Shown here piece after piece: positions 40,684 through 50,805 of a DNA stretch of 64,000 bases (its first letter is position 1; every line of letters begins with the position of its first letter). A program made the position numbers and the translations under genes. The notes under the pieces were generated by a model, which was not told the origin of the DNA, did not search any database, and saw nothing but the letters and a program-made list of their open reading frames with translations. Location: the NCBI GenBank assembly GCA_963666975.2, contig CAXVYR010000004.1, positions 1,632,001-1,696,000 of the forward strand, given 5' to 3'. The DNA is from Terriglobia bacterium (lineage in GTDB: Bacteria; Acidobacteriota; Terriglobia; 2-12-FULL-54-10).

Positions 40684-41454
40684 TCAAGAAGCCGTACCCT
40701 CCGGCTTCCCTTGCAACCCTAACCTCATAATCTCTGGATTTGTAGATCGAATGATTCTGAGAATTGCGACAGGGAACGCTGACGGTGGACCCACGCCTCC
40801 TTCCATCCGCTGGTTTTCTCGATCTCCAAAAACGCAAAATCCAGCTTGCTCCAGTTCGCGAAGTAATGAGGCCATCTTAAAAGTCGCTCTTACCCGCGCG
40901 GCTGCTTCCATATCAGACCACATTTCTCCGTAGTCCTGTGCTTCCTGAAGAAAGTGACCAACCAGATCAACTTCTGCTTCGGAATGAAGTTCTTCGTGTT
41001 CAAACGAGCTTGCCGAGGCGTCGCCCACGATCTTCATGATGTCGCCACCTGACGTAAGACGCACAAGCAAAGGAGGAATGTTTTCTTTGATACGTCGTAT
41101 ACGAACCGGCTGGACCTGCTTCTCCTCGGTTAGGGTTGACGATACCCACTTCTCATGGTTTGCCTTTATCTTATGAAGTACCTCAGCAGTGTAGGTTTCA
41201 TGCTGATCGTCGACCATCTTGTGGTGAGTTCGGCATAACAAAACCAGGTTATCTGGCTCATCTAGGCAGTCAGTTCGGAAGGCAAGATCGTGTCTTGGCC
41301 CCTGGCCTTTCCCCGAAACGATGTGGCATTCCTCACCCACCACGGATTCGTCATCCGCCGGGGTAGCTTCTACCACTAGTTCTCGCCTACATATGGCACA
41401 CCGGTTTCCAGACTTTCCCCACAAGACCTTCCTCGTTTTATCTGAGATTGACAT
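40684..41454 (-). CDS. HNH endonuclease domain protein
   Basis: LWGKSGNRCAIC..EECHIV..NLVLLCRTHHKMVD. Confidence 0.85.
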   Translation of the reverse strand: MSISDKTRKVLWGKSGNRCAICRRELVVEATPADDESVVGEECHIVSGKGQGPRHDLAFRTDCLDEPDNLVLLCRTHHKMVDDQHETYTAEVLHKIKANHEKWVSSTLTEEKQVQPVRIRRIKENIPPLLVRLTSGGDIMKIVGDASASSFEHEELHSEAEVDLVGHFLQEAQDYGEMWSDMEAAARVRATFKMASLLRELEQAGFCVFGDRENQRMEGGVGPPSAFPVAILRIIRSTNPEIMRLGLQGKPEGTAS

Positions 41455-41601
41455 GAGCCACGATGTCTTGACTAATGAGCAGCGGGTGTCTCGCAAAGTA
41501 GATTTTTTCGTGGGCCTTCTTAACAGTAGAAAACGAACCTGCCCGCACTAGTGCGATTATACCTAAACGAGATGCCTCAGAGCCGTTGAGCACCACTCGG
41601 C

Positions 41602-44600
41602 TCAGGCCTCCAACTGTTGCAGCACCGCTTGCACTTGCGGCAATAGTTCCTGCGAGTTTCCCCGGAAAGGAATCCGCAGCATCCCCGAAGGAGTAAACTG
41701 CACTTCCGGGTGTTTCGAGATAAATTTCGTCAGCCGTTCCGGATCGACCGGAGCGCTCGAATGAAACTGAATGTTCACCGCCTCGCTTTTCCGTTCGATG
41801 GACTGAATCAAAAACCGCTGCGCCATTGCCTTCAGACTGGCGTACTCCAGCAGGTTGAGGACCGGTGCGGGAGGAGCGCCGTAGCGGTCCTCCAGTTCCT
41901 GTTCGACGGCGGCCCGCTGCCCGGCGTTTTCAATCGCGCCGACGGTCTTGTACATCCGCAGGCGCTGGCTCTCCTCGGCGATGTAGCCGGGCGGGATGCG
42001 GATGTCGAGCCCCAGGTTGATGGTAGTGGCCACCTCGGGCCGCGTTACCTCGCCTCGCAATTGCTGCACCGCGCCCTCCAGCATCCGGCAGTACATCTCA
42101 AATCCGATGGCGTTCACCTGCCCGTGCTGTTCTCCCCCCAGCAGGTTCCCTGCGCCGCGCAACTCCATGTCCAGGGCGGCTACGCGGAACCCGGAGCCAA
42201 GCTCGCTGAACTCTTTCAGGGCGCTGAGGCGGCGACGGGCCAGCGGGGTCAGCTCCTCTTTGTTCGGAACCAGCAGGTAAGCGTAGGCACGGCGGTTGGA
42301 GCGCCCCACGCGGCCCCGCAACTGGTATAGCTCGGCGAGCCCGTGGCGGTCGGCGCGGTTGACGATGATGGTGTTCACCTGCGGGATGTCGAGGCCATTT
42401 TCAATGATCGTGGTGGCCACCAGCACATCCCATTCCTGCCGAATGAACCCCAGCATTACCTTCTCCAGTTGTTTCTCGCCCATCTGTCCGTGAGCCACCG
42501 CGACGCGTGCCTGGGGCACCAGCTTCTGAATCAAAGCGGCGATGCTGTAGATGGACTCTACGCGGTTGTGGACGAAGTAAACCTGGCCTCCGCGCTCCAG
42601 CTCTTGCTCAATGGCCGCGCGGATCAACTGCTCGCGGAAAGGGGCCACCACGGTCTGGATCGCCAGCCGGTCCTTGGGCGGCGTCTCGATCAGCGACATG
42701 TCGCGCAACCCCACCAGCGACATGTGCAGCGTGCGCGGGATCGGCGTGGCGGAGAGCGACAGCACGTCCACGGATTTCTTCATGGTCTTGAGCCGCTCCT
42801 TGTGGCGGACCCCGAAGCGCTGCTCCTCATCGACGATCACCAAGCCCAGGTCCTGGAAGATGACGTCTTTGGAAAGCAGGCGGTGTGTCCCCACCACCAC
42901 ATCCACCTTCCCTACGGCCAAATCCTCGAGGACCACTTTTTGCTGCGCGGCGCTGCGGAAGCGGCTGAGCATCTCCACGCGCAGCGGAAAGGCGGCCATG
43001 CGCTGGCGGAAGGTCTCATAGTGCTGGAAGACCAGAACCGTGGTGGGAGCCAGCACCGCCACCTGTTTGTTTTGGATGGCGGCTCGGAAGGCCGCCCGCA
43101 TGGCGATCTCCGTCTTGCCGTACCCCACGTCGCCGCACAGCAGCCGGTCCATCGGCTCCGGTTTCTCCATATCCCGATGGACGTCTTGAATGGCGCCCAG
43201 TTGATCCGGCGTTTCCTCATACTCGAACGCCTCGGCAAACTCCCGCTCCCAGTGGCTGTCGCCAGTGAAGGCGTGCCCGTCCGCCATTTTCCGCTCGGCG
43301 TAGAGCTTCAACAGCTCATCGGCCATCTTCTCCATGGACTTGCGAATGCGAGCTTTGGTCCGCGCCCAGGAGCCGCCTCCCAGTTTGTCCAGCGTGGGCC
43401 GCCCCCCTTCGAGGCCCCGGTATTTCTGGACCAAATCCAGCCGCGCCAGGGGCACGTAGAGCCGCGCCTCGCTCTGGTACTCCAGTTCCATGAACTCGCT
43501 GGTGACCCCGTCATGCTCGATCTCCCGCAACCGGCGGTAGCAGCCGATGCCGTGCTCCACATGCACCACGTAGTCGCCCGCCCGGAGGTCTCGGAAATCG
43601 GAAAGGAAGGTGGAGACCTTGGAGCGGGGCATGGCAGGCCGCGCCACCGCCTCGGAAGCGTCGTACAGGTCCTGATTGCCCAGAATCAGGAGCCGCCGTG
43701 GGGGGATCATGACGCCGTTCGGCGCAGTTCCTTTGCTGATCCAGCAGGTGGGAAGGGCGGAAGACAGTTGAGACTTCTCCTGCAAAAAGGCGTCGCTCTG
43801 CTTGGGACGCTCCGCGAGGTGGAAGGGGATTTTGTATTCGGCCAGCAGCTCGGACAACCGTTCCGATTCTCCCTGGCTGGCCGTCAGGAACAGCACGCGG
43901 TACTGTTGCTGCAACAGCTTTTCCAACTCCGAAAGACAGAGCGGCACGTTGCCGTGGAATCGCGGAGCCGGGCGCGTGGCGAACGAGAAGCGAGAAGAGT
44001 GCGAAGAAGCCGCCTCGGGCGGCGCGGCCATGTCCAGTTCCTCCGCGTTCACCACCGGACGGCGAGCCCACCCGGCGGCCATGGCATCCCATCGAAAAAA
44101 GAGCTGTTCCGGAGCCGCTGCCACGCGGCCTTCCGACTGCGCCTCGGCGTACTCCGCCTCCAGCAGCATCCAGAGGTGATCCATCTCTTTGCGCAGCTCC
44201 TGCGGCTCGTCTAAAAAGACGACCGCATCGTCATTATTCACCAGGTCCAGGATAGCCCCCGGCAACGGATTGAGAAGAGGGACCAGAAACTCCCAGCCGG
44301 GAAACATCTCACCGGGAATAAATACGGAGGATTGGGAAACCTCCGGATGAGAGGAGAACTTTTCGAGCAGTTCCTTGCGGAGTGGAAATTCGGTCAGAGG
44401 AAGCACGGCAGCCCTCTCCACCGGCTCCACGGAGCGCTGCGTTTCGATGTCAAATTCCCGGATGGAGTAGACCTCATCGCCGAACAACTCCAGGCGCACG
44501 GGGCGGCGCGTCTCGGGAGAAAACAGATCGAGGATACCTCCACGGAGCGAGTACTGGCCGGTCATCTCGACCGGATCGTGCGGCGCGTAGCCGGCCATCT

Positions 44601-45114
44601 CCAGGTGTTCGAGCAGGTCTTGGAGGTCGATCTCCTCGCCTCTGCGAATCTGCAGCGCCAGCCCTTGGTAGAATGCACGCGACTCCATGCGGCTGGCGAG
44701 AGCCGCCGCCGGGAGAACCGCCAGAGACGCCTGCCGCGCCGCAAGCTTCCACAACCCCAGCGCTCTTTTCTCGCTGATGTCGGCGTGCGGAGAAAGCCCC
44801 TGATAAGGGCGGATATCATGGGCGGGAACAAAAACGGGCGGCGACTCCCCCAGCAGCCTCGCCCAGGTTTCCATCAAATCCAGAGCCTGCTCGGCCTCGC
44901 GGTTGGTGCGGGTGACATAGACCAGCGGTTTCCGCAGGGCGCGGCGGAGCAGCACGGCACAGAGCGTCTTGGCAGGAACGGTCAGGCCGGAGGCGTGGAG
45001 GTTGACTCCCTGCTTCCCGGCAGAGGCGCGCTCCAGCTCGCGGAGAATGGCTCGAAACTCCGGGCCTTCTGCGACCTCGTGTAAAAGCTCCGCTACGGGA
45101 TGCTCGATCATCAT
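41602..45114 (-). CDS. mfd: Transcription-repair coupling factor
   Basis: DYVVHVEHGIG, CGDVGYGKTE, DEEQRFGV, SATPIPRTL, QLRGRVGR, TRCF domain. Confidence 0.98.
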   Translation of the reverse strand: MMIEHPVAELLHEVAEGPEFRAILRELERASAGKQGVNLHASGLTVPAKTLCAVLLRRALRKPLVYVTRTNREAEQALDLMETWARLLGESPPVFVPAHDIRPYQGLSPHADISEKRALGLWKLAARQASLAVLPAAALASRMESRAFYQGLALQIRRGEEIDLQDLLEHLEMAGYAPHDPVEMTGQYSLRGGILDLFSPETRRPVRLELFGDEVYSIREFDIETQRSVEPVERAAVLPLTEFPLRKELLEKFSSHPEVSQSSVFIPGEMFPGWEFLVPLLNPLPGAILDLVNNDDAVVFLDEPQELRKEMDHLWMLLEAEYAEAQSEGRVAAAPEQLFFRWDAMAAGWARRPVVNAEELDMAAPPEAASSHSSRFSFATRPAPRFHGNVPLCLSELEKLLQQQYRVLFLTASQGESERLSELLAEYKIPFHLAERPKQSDAFLQEKSQLSSALPTCWISKGTAPNGVMIPPRRLLILGNQDLYDASEAVARPAMPRSKVSTFLSDFRDLRAGDYVVHVEHGIGCYRRLREIEHDGVTSEFMELEYQSEARLYVPLARLDLVQKYRGLEGGRPTLDKLGGGSWARTKARIRKSMEKMADELLKLYAERKMADGHAFTGDSHWEREFAEAFEYEETPDQLGAIQDVHRDMEKPEPMDRLLCGDVGYGKTEIAMRAAFRAAIQNKQVAVLAPTTVLVFQHYETFRQRMAAFPLRVEMLSRFRSAAQQKVVLEDLAVGKVDVVVGTHRLLSKDVIFQDLGLVIVDEEQRFGVRHKERLKTMKKSVDVLSLSATPIPRTLHMSLVGLRDMSLIETPPKDRLAIQTVVAPFREQLIRAAIEQELERGGQVYFVHNRVESIYSIAALIQKLVPQARVAVAHGQMGEKQLEKVMLGFIRQEWDVLVATTIIENGLDIPQVNTIIVNRADRHGLAELYQLRGRVGRSNRRAYAYLLVPNKEELTPLARRRLSALKEFSELGSGFRVAALDMELRGAGNLLGGEQHGQVNAIGFEMYCRMLEGAVQQLRGEVTRPEVATTINLGLDIRIPPGYIAEESQRLRMYKTVGAIENAGQRAAVEQELEDRYGAPPAPVLNLLEYASLKAMAQRFLIQSIERKSEAVNIQFHSSAPVDPERLTKFISKHPEVQFTPSGMLRIPFRGNSQELLPQVQAVLQQLEA

Positions 45115-45181
45115 CGGTTCTTAGCCACTTTCTGTTGTCCGGTGCGCGCCAAGCTGATCTTTTATTGTAGCTGAACTGTTT

Positions 45182-45661
45182 GTAGTGGTCAGTTTCAACG
45201 TCAGGGCACGGTTTTAACCGTGCCGATAACGAGGTGCCGAAGAGCGGCTTTAGCCGCTGAGGGGTTGCCGCCGGCAAATTTATCGCATCTGTAGGTTGGA
45301 AAACTTCGCTGAGAGCCTCAAGACGTGAAACTCTCGGCGAGAGCCCTCAGGGGCTAAAGCCCTTCAGAAAACGGCCATCTAACGGCACGGTTAAAACTGT
45401 GCCCTGACAAATCGTGTGACGATGTGCCTAACGGAAACTGACCCACTACCGAACTGTTTGCTTGGCGGCATTCCGAGCCGCGACAGTGATGGAGCGGTTC
45501 CAAAAATGACTCAATTGACTAGCGTTTGGTGTCCGCTTGCTTACGCGCGCGGCTCGGATTTATTTCTGAGCCATTTCCAGGGTTGCTGTAGCGCAGCCGC
45601 CAAAGTAGGGACAGGCCTCCAGGCCTGTCCTCTCAAGGGCAGGCAGGAATGGCTGCCCTAC
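45182..45661. repeat. Nested cluster of several REP/MITE-like palindrome families
   Basis: GTAGTGGTCAGTTTC...GAAACTGACCCACTAC encloses GTCAGGGCACGG...GTGCCCTGAC (45200-45407). It is followed by CCGAGCCGCG...CGCGGCTCGG and GTAGGGACAGGCC...CTGCCCTAC. Confidence 0.75.
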
Positions 45662-45789
45662 CTGAGGGCTATACAGCAACGCCGAAAATGGTCTAGCCTC
45701 TGCGGGGCTGGTGATACAATCGCGGTCAGCAAGGCGGGAATCACACCATTTTCGCTGCCACGGCCATCCGGCAGGAGAGGGAGGCTCAA

Positions 45790-46233
45790 ATGCAGACTCG
45801 AACACGATTTCGGTTGATCGGAGTTTTATGCGTGATGCTTATGTTCGCGCAGGGATGCGCCCAAGGCACTCGATGGGATAGGTATATAGATGCCGGAACG
45901 GAGGCCTATCAGCAAGCCAACTATGCCGAGGCGGAGAAGCAGTGGACGGATGCGCTCCGGGAAGCAGAAAAATTCGGGCCGGAAGACCCCCGCTTGGCGA
46001 CCAGCCTCAACAACCTGGGGGAGCTGTACCGCCTCCAGGGCAAGTACGCCGAGGCCGAGCCGCTCTACCAGCGGTCGCTGGCGATTTGGGAGAAGGCCCT
46101 GGGTCCGGAGCATCCCGACGTGGCCATGGTTCTGGAGAACTACGCTGGGCTGCTCCGGGAAACGGGGCGAGAAGAGGAGGCGTCTAGCATGGAAGCCCGC
46201 GCCCAGGCGATCCGAGCCAAGCGCGCCCAATGA
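45790..46233 (+). CDS. Tetratricopeptide-repeat (lipo)protein
   Basis: LATSLNNLGELYRLQGKYAEAEPLYQRSLAIWEKALGPEHPDVA; lipobox-like AQGC. Confidence 0.9.
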   Translation: MQTRTRFRLIGVLCVMLMFAQGCAQGTRWDRYIDAGTEAYQQANYAEAEKQWTDALREAEKFGPEDPRLATSLNNLGELYRLQGKYAEAEPLYQRSLAIWEKALGPEHPDVAMVLENYAGLLRETGREEEASSMEARAQAIRAKRAQ

Positions 46234-46298
46234 TTTCGTTTAGACCTGTTTCAGGGTTCGTGTATCCCATATTACGCTCTCGTCAGGGCACGGTTTTA

Positions 46299-47810
46299 TG
46301 TGCCCCGTCAGGGCTTGTTGGACAGGTAGAGGGTAATAGTTAAGGTGATGTTTTTGGCTCATCGTAGAGACTGAAAGGAACGAAGATGAGACAAAAACAA
46401 GACGACAGGGGGGCGGTCGAGAAGGCCGTCCGGGAGATCAAACGCAGGACGCGGCGCAGGTTCAGCCCGGAAGACAAAATCCGCATTGTATTGCAGGGAC
46501 TTCGCGGCGAGGACAGCATCGCGGAGCTGTGCCGCCGCGAGGGGCTGCACCAGAACCAGTATTACCGCTGGAGCAAGGAGTTTCTGGAGGCTGGCCGCAA
46601 GCGGCTGGCGGGCGACATAGACCGTGAGGCAACCAGTGGCGAAGTCAAGACTCTGCGGGAGCAGGCCGTACAGCTGAAAGAGGCCCTGGCCGAGGCTATG
46701 CTGGAAAATCGCCTGCTAAAAAAAAGCGTGATCGGGGATGGGGAGGAACATACATGAGATACCCTGCCTCGGAGAAGCTGGAGATCATCTGCACGGTGGA
46801 GCAATCTGCCCTGGGGGTGCGCCGGACGCTGCAGCAGGTTGGCATTCCCAGATCGACGTTTTACAACTGGTACGACCGCTATGTGTCGGAAGGCTTTGAT
46901 GGGCTGGAAGACAAAAAACCCGATCCTGGCCCTGTCTGGAACAAGGTGCCGGAGGAGATAACTCAGCAGTTGGTGACGTTAGCCCTGGCCGAGCCCGATC
47001 TGTCGTCACGCGAGCTGGCGGTGCGTTTTACCGAGGAAAGGCGGTATTACCTTTCTGAATCGACGGTTTACCGCGTCCTGAAAAGCCATGACCTGATTAC
47101 CGCGCCAGCCTTTATTGTCCTGAAAGCGGCGGAACGGTTCGCCAACCCGACCACGGCGGTCAACCAGCTCTGGCAGACCGACTTCACCTACCTGAAAGTC
47201 ATCGGTTGGGGCTGGTTCTACCTGTCCACGGTGCTGGACGACTTCTCGCGCTATATCATCGCCTGGCGGCTGTGCAAAACCATGAGCGCAAGTGACGTCT
47301 CGGCCACGTTGCGGGATGCTTTGCAAGCCACCGGCCTCGACCGCGTGGGCGCCCGGCACAGACCTCGCCTCCTGAGCGACAACGGGCCGTGCTACGTCTC
47401 TTCCGAACTGCAATCATGGCTGGCAGAAAACAGCGTGCCGCATACTCGCGGCAAGCCCTATCACCCCATGACGCAGGGCAAGATCGAACGCTGGCACCGA
47501 ACTCTGAAAGACCGCATCCTGCTCAACAACTATTACCTGCCAGAAGAGCTGGAGCGGCAGATCGATGCCTTCGTCAACCACTACAACACCAACCGATACC
47601 ATGAAAGCCTGAACAACCTGACACCGTATGACGTTTTTACAGGCCAAGGCAGTGCCATCCTGCAAAAACGGGATCGCATCAAAGAGAAAACTATGATCTT
47701 AAGAAAACGGTTGCACTTCAAAAGAAGGGCAGCCTAACATCAACCCAGAGGAGCCTGAACGCCACCTTATCTTTTTATGCTCTGTGTCCAACATTATCTG
47801 ACGACGTACA
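46299..47810 (+). mobile_element. IS3/IS481-like element inserted in a REP
   Basis: TGT...ACA ends with imperfect IRs (TGTGCCCCGTCAGGGCTTGTTGGACA / TGTACGTCGTCAGATAATGTTGGACA); flanking repeat GGTTTTA at 46292-46298 and 47811-47817. Confidence 0.9.
46386..47737 (+). CDS. Transposase OrfAB (probable -1 programmed frameshift at the A8G run ~46718)
   Basis: OrfA 46386..46757 (HTH) and OrfB 46754..47737 (WQTDFT, LSDNG, GKIERW); slippery CTAAAAAAAAGC. Confidence 0.9.
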
Positions 47811-48141
47811 GGTTTTAACCGTGAAACGAGATGCCGAAGAGCGGCTTTAGCCGCTGAGGTTGATTTCCCTCAGGGGCTAAAGCCCTTCTGGAAACGGCCA
47901 TCTAACGGCACGGTTAAAGACACCCCAGCTCGCTGTGATGGGCCAAAGCAAAGCCACATTTATGGTGCTGTTGGTATGGTTCTGCTGGTCCGGAATCGCA
48001 GCAAATTCCGGCTAATGTGGTTAGTGTTAGCCACGGCGAAGGTAGTATCTCGCCGTGGGCTTTTCCCGAATTTACAAACCCACGGCAAATTTAAACTGCA
48101 AATTTGCCGTGGCTACCTTGCTTACGCGCGCGGCTCGGATT
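47811..48141. repeat. Continuation of the REP cluster plus further palindromes
   Basis: Near copy of motifs at 45211-45395; CCACGGCAAATTT..AAATTTGCCGTGG; TTGCTTACGCGCGCGGCTCGGATT shared with 45537-45560. Confidence 0.7.
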
Positions 48142-48231
48142 AGCTCACCCACCTATCAACGAACCATCATAGGCCTCGTGCTACAATGGGCCGCCGCCAG
48201 ACGGTGCATTTCCTTTGCAGGTAAAATACGG

Positions 48232-49569
48232 ATGAGCCCTTCACGAAAACGATCCCGGTCCAATGAGCTTTATGAACGCGCCCGCAGCCTGATCCCCGGC
48301 GGCGTGAACTCGCCGGTGCGCGCCTTTCGCGCCGTGGGGGTCGATCCGCTATTCCTAGCCAGCGGCCGTGGCTCCCAAGTCACCGACGTGGACGGGAACC
48401 GTTACATTGACTACATCGGAGGCTGGGGGCCGCATATCCTGGGCCATTCCCATCCTGCCATCCAACGGGCAATCCGCGAGGCGCTCAAGCGCGGGACCAG
48501 CTTCGGCGCGGCGACCGAGGCTGAAATCGATCTGGCACGGCTCATCTGTGATGCCATTCCCTCCATTGAGAAGGTCCGGCTGGTCAATTCCGGAACCGAA
48601 GCGACGATGAGCGCCGTCCGCTTGGCGCGGGGATTCACGGGCAGATCGCTGCTGGTCAAGTTCATCGGGTGCTATCACGGCCATGTGGATTCTCTGCTGG
48701 TCAAGGCCGGTTCTGGCGTGACCACCTTCGCCCTGCCGGAGTCGGCCGGCGTGCCCGCCGAGTTCACCGGGCTGACCCTGGCCGTTCCGTTTAATAATCC
48801 CGATGCCCTCCGGGAAGTTTTCTCCGCCCACGGCGAAAAGATCGCCGCCGTGATTGTGGAGCCGGTGGCGGGCAATATGGGCTGCGTGCTGCCCGCCGAC
48901 GGTTTTTTGGAGACCCTGCGTGAGCTGACCTCGCAGGCCGGGGCCGTGCTGATCCTGGACGAGGTGATGACGGGCTTTCGGCTGGCCTACGGCGGTGTCC
49001 AGGGAAGCTATGGCATCCGCCCTGACCTGACCACGTTAGGAAAGATCATCGGGGGCGGACTGCCGGTCGGTGCTTACGGTGGCCGCGCCGAGATTATGGA
49101 TACGGTCGCACCGGAGGGGCCTGTCTATCAAGCCGGGACGCTTTCCGGCAATCCGCTGGCGGTGGCGGCCGGCATTGCGGCGCTGGAGGAGTTGCGCCGC
49201 CAGCCGGGTCTCTACGCCGAACTGGATAACCGCGCCGAAGCGCTGGGGGAAGGGCTGGCGGAGTCCGCTCGGCGGGCAGGAGTAGAGGTTTGCGTGAACA
49301 GGGCAGGGTCGATGGTTACGGTTTTCTTTACTCCGGGACCGGTCACCGAATTCGATTCAGCCTCCGCCGCTGACCGCGATGCCTTTGCCTGTTACTTCCA
49401 AACGATGCTCGAACGGGGCGTGCTGCTGCCGCCCTCGCAATTTGAAGCGGCGTTTGTCTCCGCCGCGCACACCGACCGCGATGTGGAGAGAACGCTGCGC
49501 GCCGCTAAGCAGGCTTTCAAAGCTGTTGCCCGCCGGCGCAAAGCCAAGCCCGGCAACCGGGCCGGTTAA
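48232..49569 (+). CDS. hemL: Glutamate-1-semialdehyde 2,1-aminomutase
   Basis: PGGVNSPVRAF, NSGTEATMSA, GCYHGH, DEVMTGFR, GKIIGGGLP, YQAGTLSGNP, PSQFE. Confidence 0.97.
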   Translation: MSPSRKRSRSNELYERARSLIPGGVNSPVRAFRAVGVDPLFLASGRGSQVTDVDGNRYIDYIGGWGPHILGHSHPAIQRAIREALKRGTSFGAATEAEIDLARLICDAIPSIEKVRLVNSGTEATMSAVRLARGFTGRSLLVKFIGCYHGHVDSLLVKAGSGVTTFALPESAGVPAEFTGLTLAVPFNNPDALREVFSAHGEKIAAVIVEPVAGNMGCVLPADGFLETLRELTSQAGAVLILDEVMTGFRLAYGGVQGSYGIRPDLTTLGKIIGGGLPVGAYGGRAEIMDTVAPEGPVYQAGTLSGNPLAVAAGIAALEELRRQPGLYAELDNRAEALGEGLAESARRAGVEVCVNRAGSMVTVFFTPGPVTEFDSASAADRDAFACYFQTMLERGVLLPPSQFEAAFVSAAHTDRDVERTLRAAKQAFKAVARRRKAKPGNRAG

Positions 49570-49596
49570 AAACGACATTTCCATATACAGATGTAT

Positions 49597-49935
49597 TTAG
49601 TGCCGGATGGGTTTGGCCATTTCTTTCACCATCTCCAGCAGTTCCTGGCGCTGCTGAGGTGAAAGTTGAGGCAGGTAGGAGCGCAACTCATCGAGAGAGT
49701 CGGGCGGGCCATGGGCCTCGACCGTCGCGGGTGGCGCGCCTTCGGTTGGGAAAAAGTCCGCCAGGGTCACCTCCATGGCTGCGGCCAGGCGCTGGAGCGT
49801 GGCGAGCGAAGGGACGGTATGTCCGTTCTCCACCCGCGAGAGATAGGAGCGCAAAATTCCGGTGCGCTTCTGCATCTCTCCCTGGGAGAGCCCCTTGGTT
49901 TGCCGAATCTTCCGGATCGAATCGCCCAGATTCAT
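49597..49935 (-). CDS. XRE-family HTH transcriptional regulator
   Basis: IRKIRQTKGLSQ..RSYLSRVENGHTVPSL. Confidence 0.88.
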   Translation of the reverse strand: MNLGDSIRKIRQTKGLSQGEMQKRTGILRSYLSRVENGHTVPSLATLQRLAAAMEVTLADFFPTEGAPPATVEAHGPPDSLDELRSYLPQLSPQQRQELLEMVKEMAKPIRH

Positions 49936-50023
49936 TCCAAACTCCGTCGTCAGAATCAATGCGCGAAGTTCCGTTCTATTTCTTCCGGCGCCATTTTGCC
50001 GGATGCTCCGCGCCGAATCATCG

Positions 50024-50623
50024 TCACTCTCGCTTGAGCAGGGTCTCAATTTCTTTCTGCAATTTCTCGTACTCTTTTCTCATGGAGCGGCGCGACGATT
50101 TGCCGTCGTACATCCCGTCGGGCTGAATGTAGCGGATAATCCCCTGGCGGTCGATCAAAAACGTGGTCGCCGTCAGGTCGGCGTCCGGGCGGTTCAGCCA
50201 ATAGCGGCTCAGGGTTTCCCAGCGGGAATCCAGCCCCACCGGGAACTGGAATCCAAGAGCAGAAGCCAGCCGCTGGAGATGCTTCACGTCGGTTTCTGTC
50301 GGAAAAGGCGTCGGGGCATAGAGGCCGACCACCATCAGCCCTTGCTCCCGGTAGGTCCGGTGAAGCTCGTTCAGGCTGGATACGCCGGTGGGGTTGTCAT
50401 TGAAGAAACGGAGCAAGACCACATTGTCCCGCAGATCACCTACGTCCAGTGGCTTGGAATTGACCCATCCCAGAGCTTTCCACGCCGGAGCTACCTCATC
50501 GATCATCTGCCAGCTTCCCAGCGCCAGTTCTTTATTAGTGAATTGTGCCTGGAGCAGCGCCGCGCTCATGCCAAACAGGATCAGACGCAGCGCCCAGATA
50601 CCGACGATTGCACGCCATCTCAT
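50024..50623 (-). CDS. Secreted redoxin/TlpA-like protein lacking CxxC
   Basis: WVNSKPL..DLRDNVVLLRF..GLMVVG..TTFLIDRQGIIRY; no cysteines. Confidence 0.75.
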   Translation of the reverse strand: MRWRAIVGIWALRLILFGMSAALLQAQFTNKELALGSWQMIDEVAPAWKALGWVNSKPLDVGDLRDNVVLLRFFNDNPTGVSSLNELHRTYREQGLMVVGLYAPTPFPTETDVKHLQRLASALGFQFPVGLDSRWETLSRYWLNRPDADLTATTFLIDRQGIIRYIQPDGMYDGKSSRRSMRKEYEKLQKEIETLLKRE

Positions 50624-50805
50624 GGATTTGTTTCCTCCGCGCCTTTCCTGTTCTCTCACAGCAGAATCTCCGCTGAGCGCATTCAGCAAGTTTCCGCGAT
50701 TCTACCATAACTGACCGGGGTGGCTGGGAGTGTGTTATCTTGGACAAAGTTTTTTCCGGCAGGACTCGGCAGAAGCGGTCCGGTCCGGCAGCCCTGATTC
50801 CACGC

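Noticed and set aside
45182-45661. CRISPR array
   Set aside because: The repeats are inverted and heterogeneous, with no regularly spaced direct repeats with unique spacers and no cas genes.
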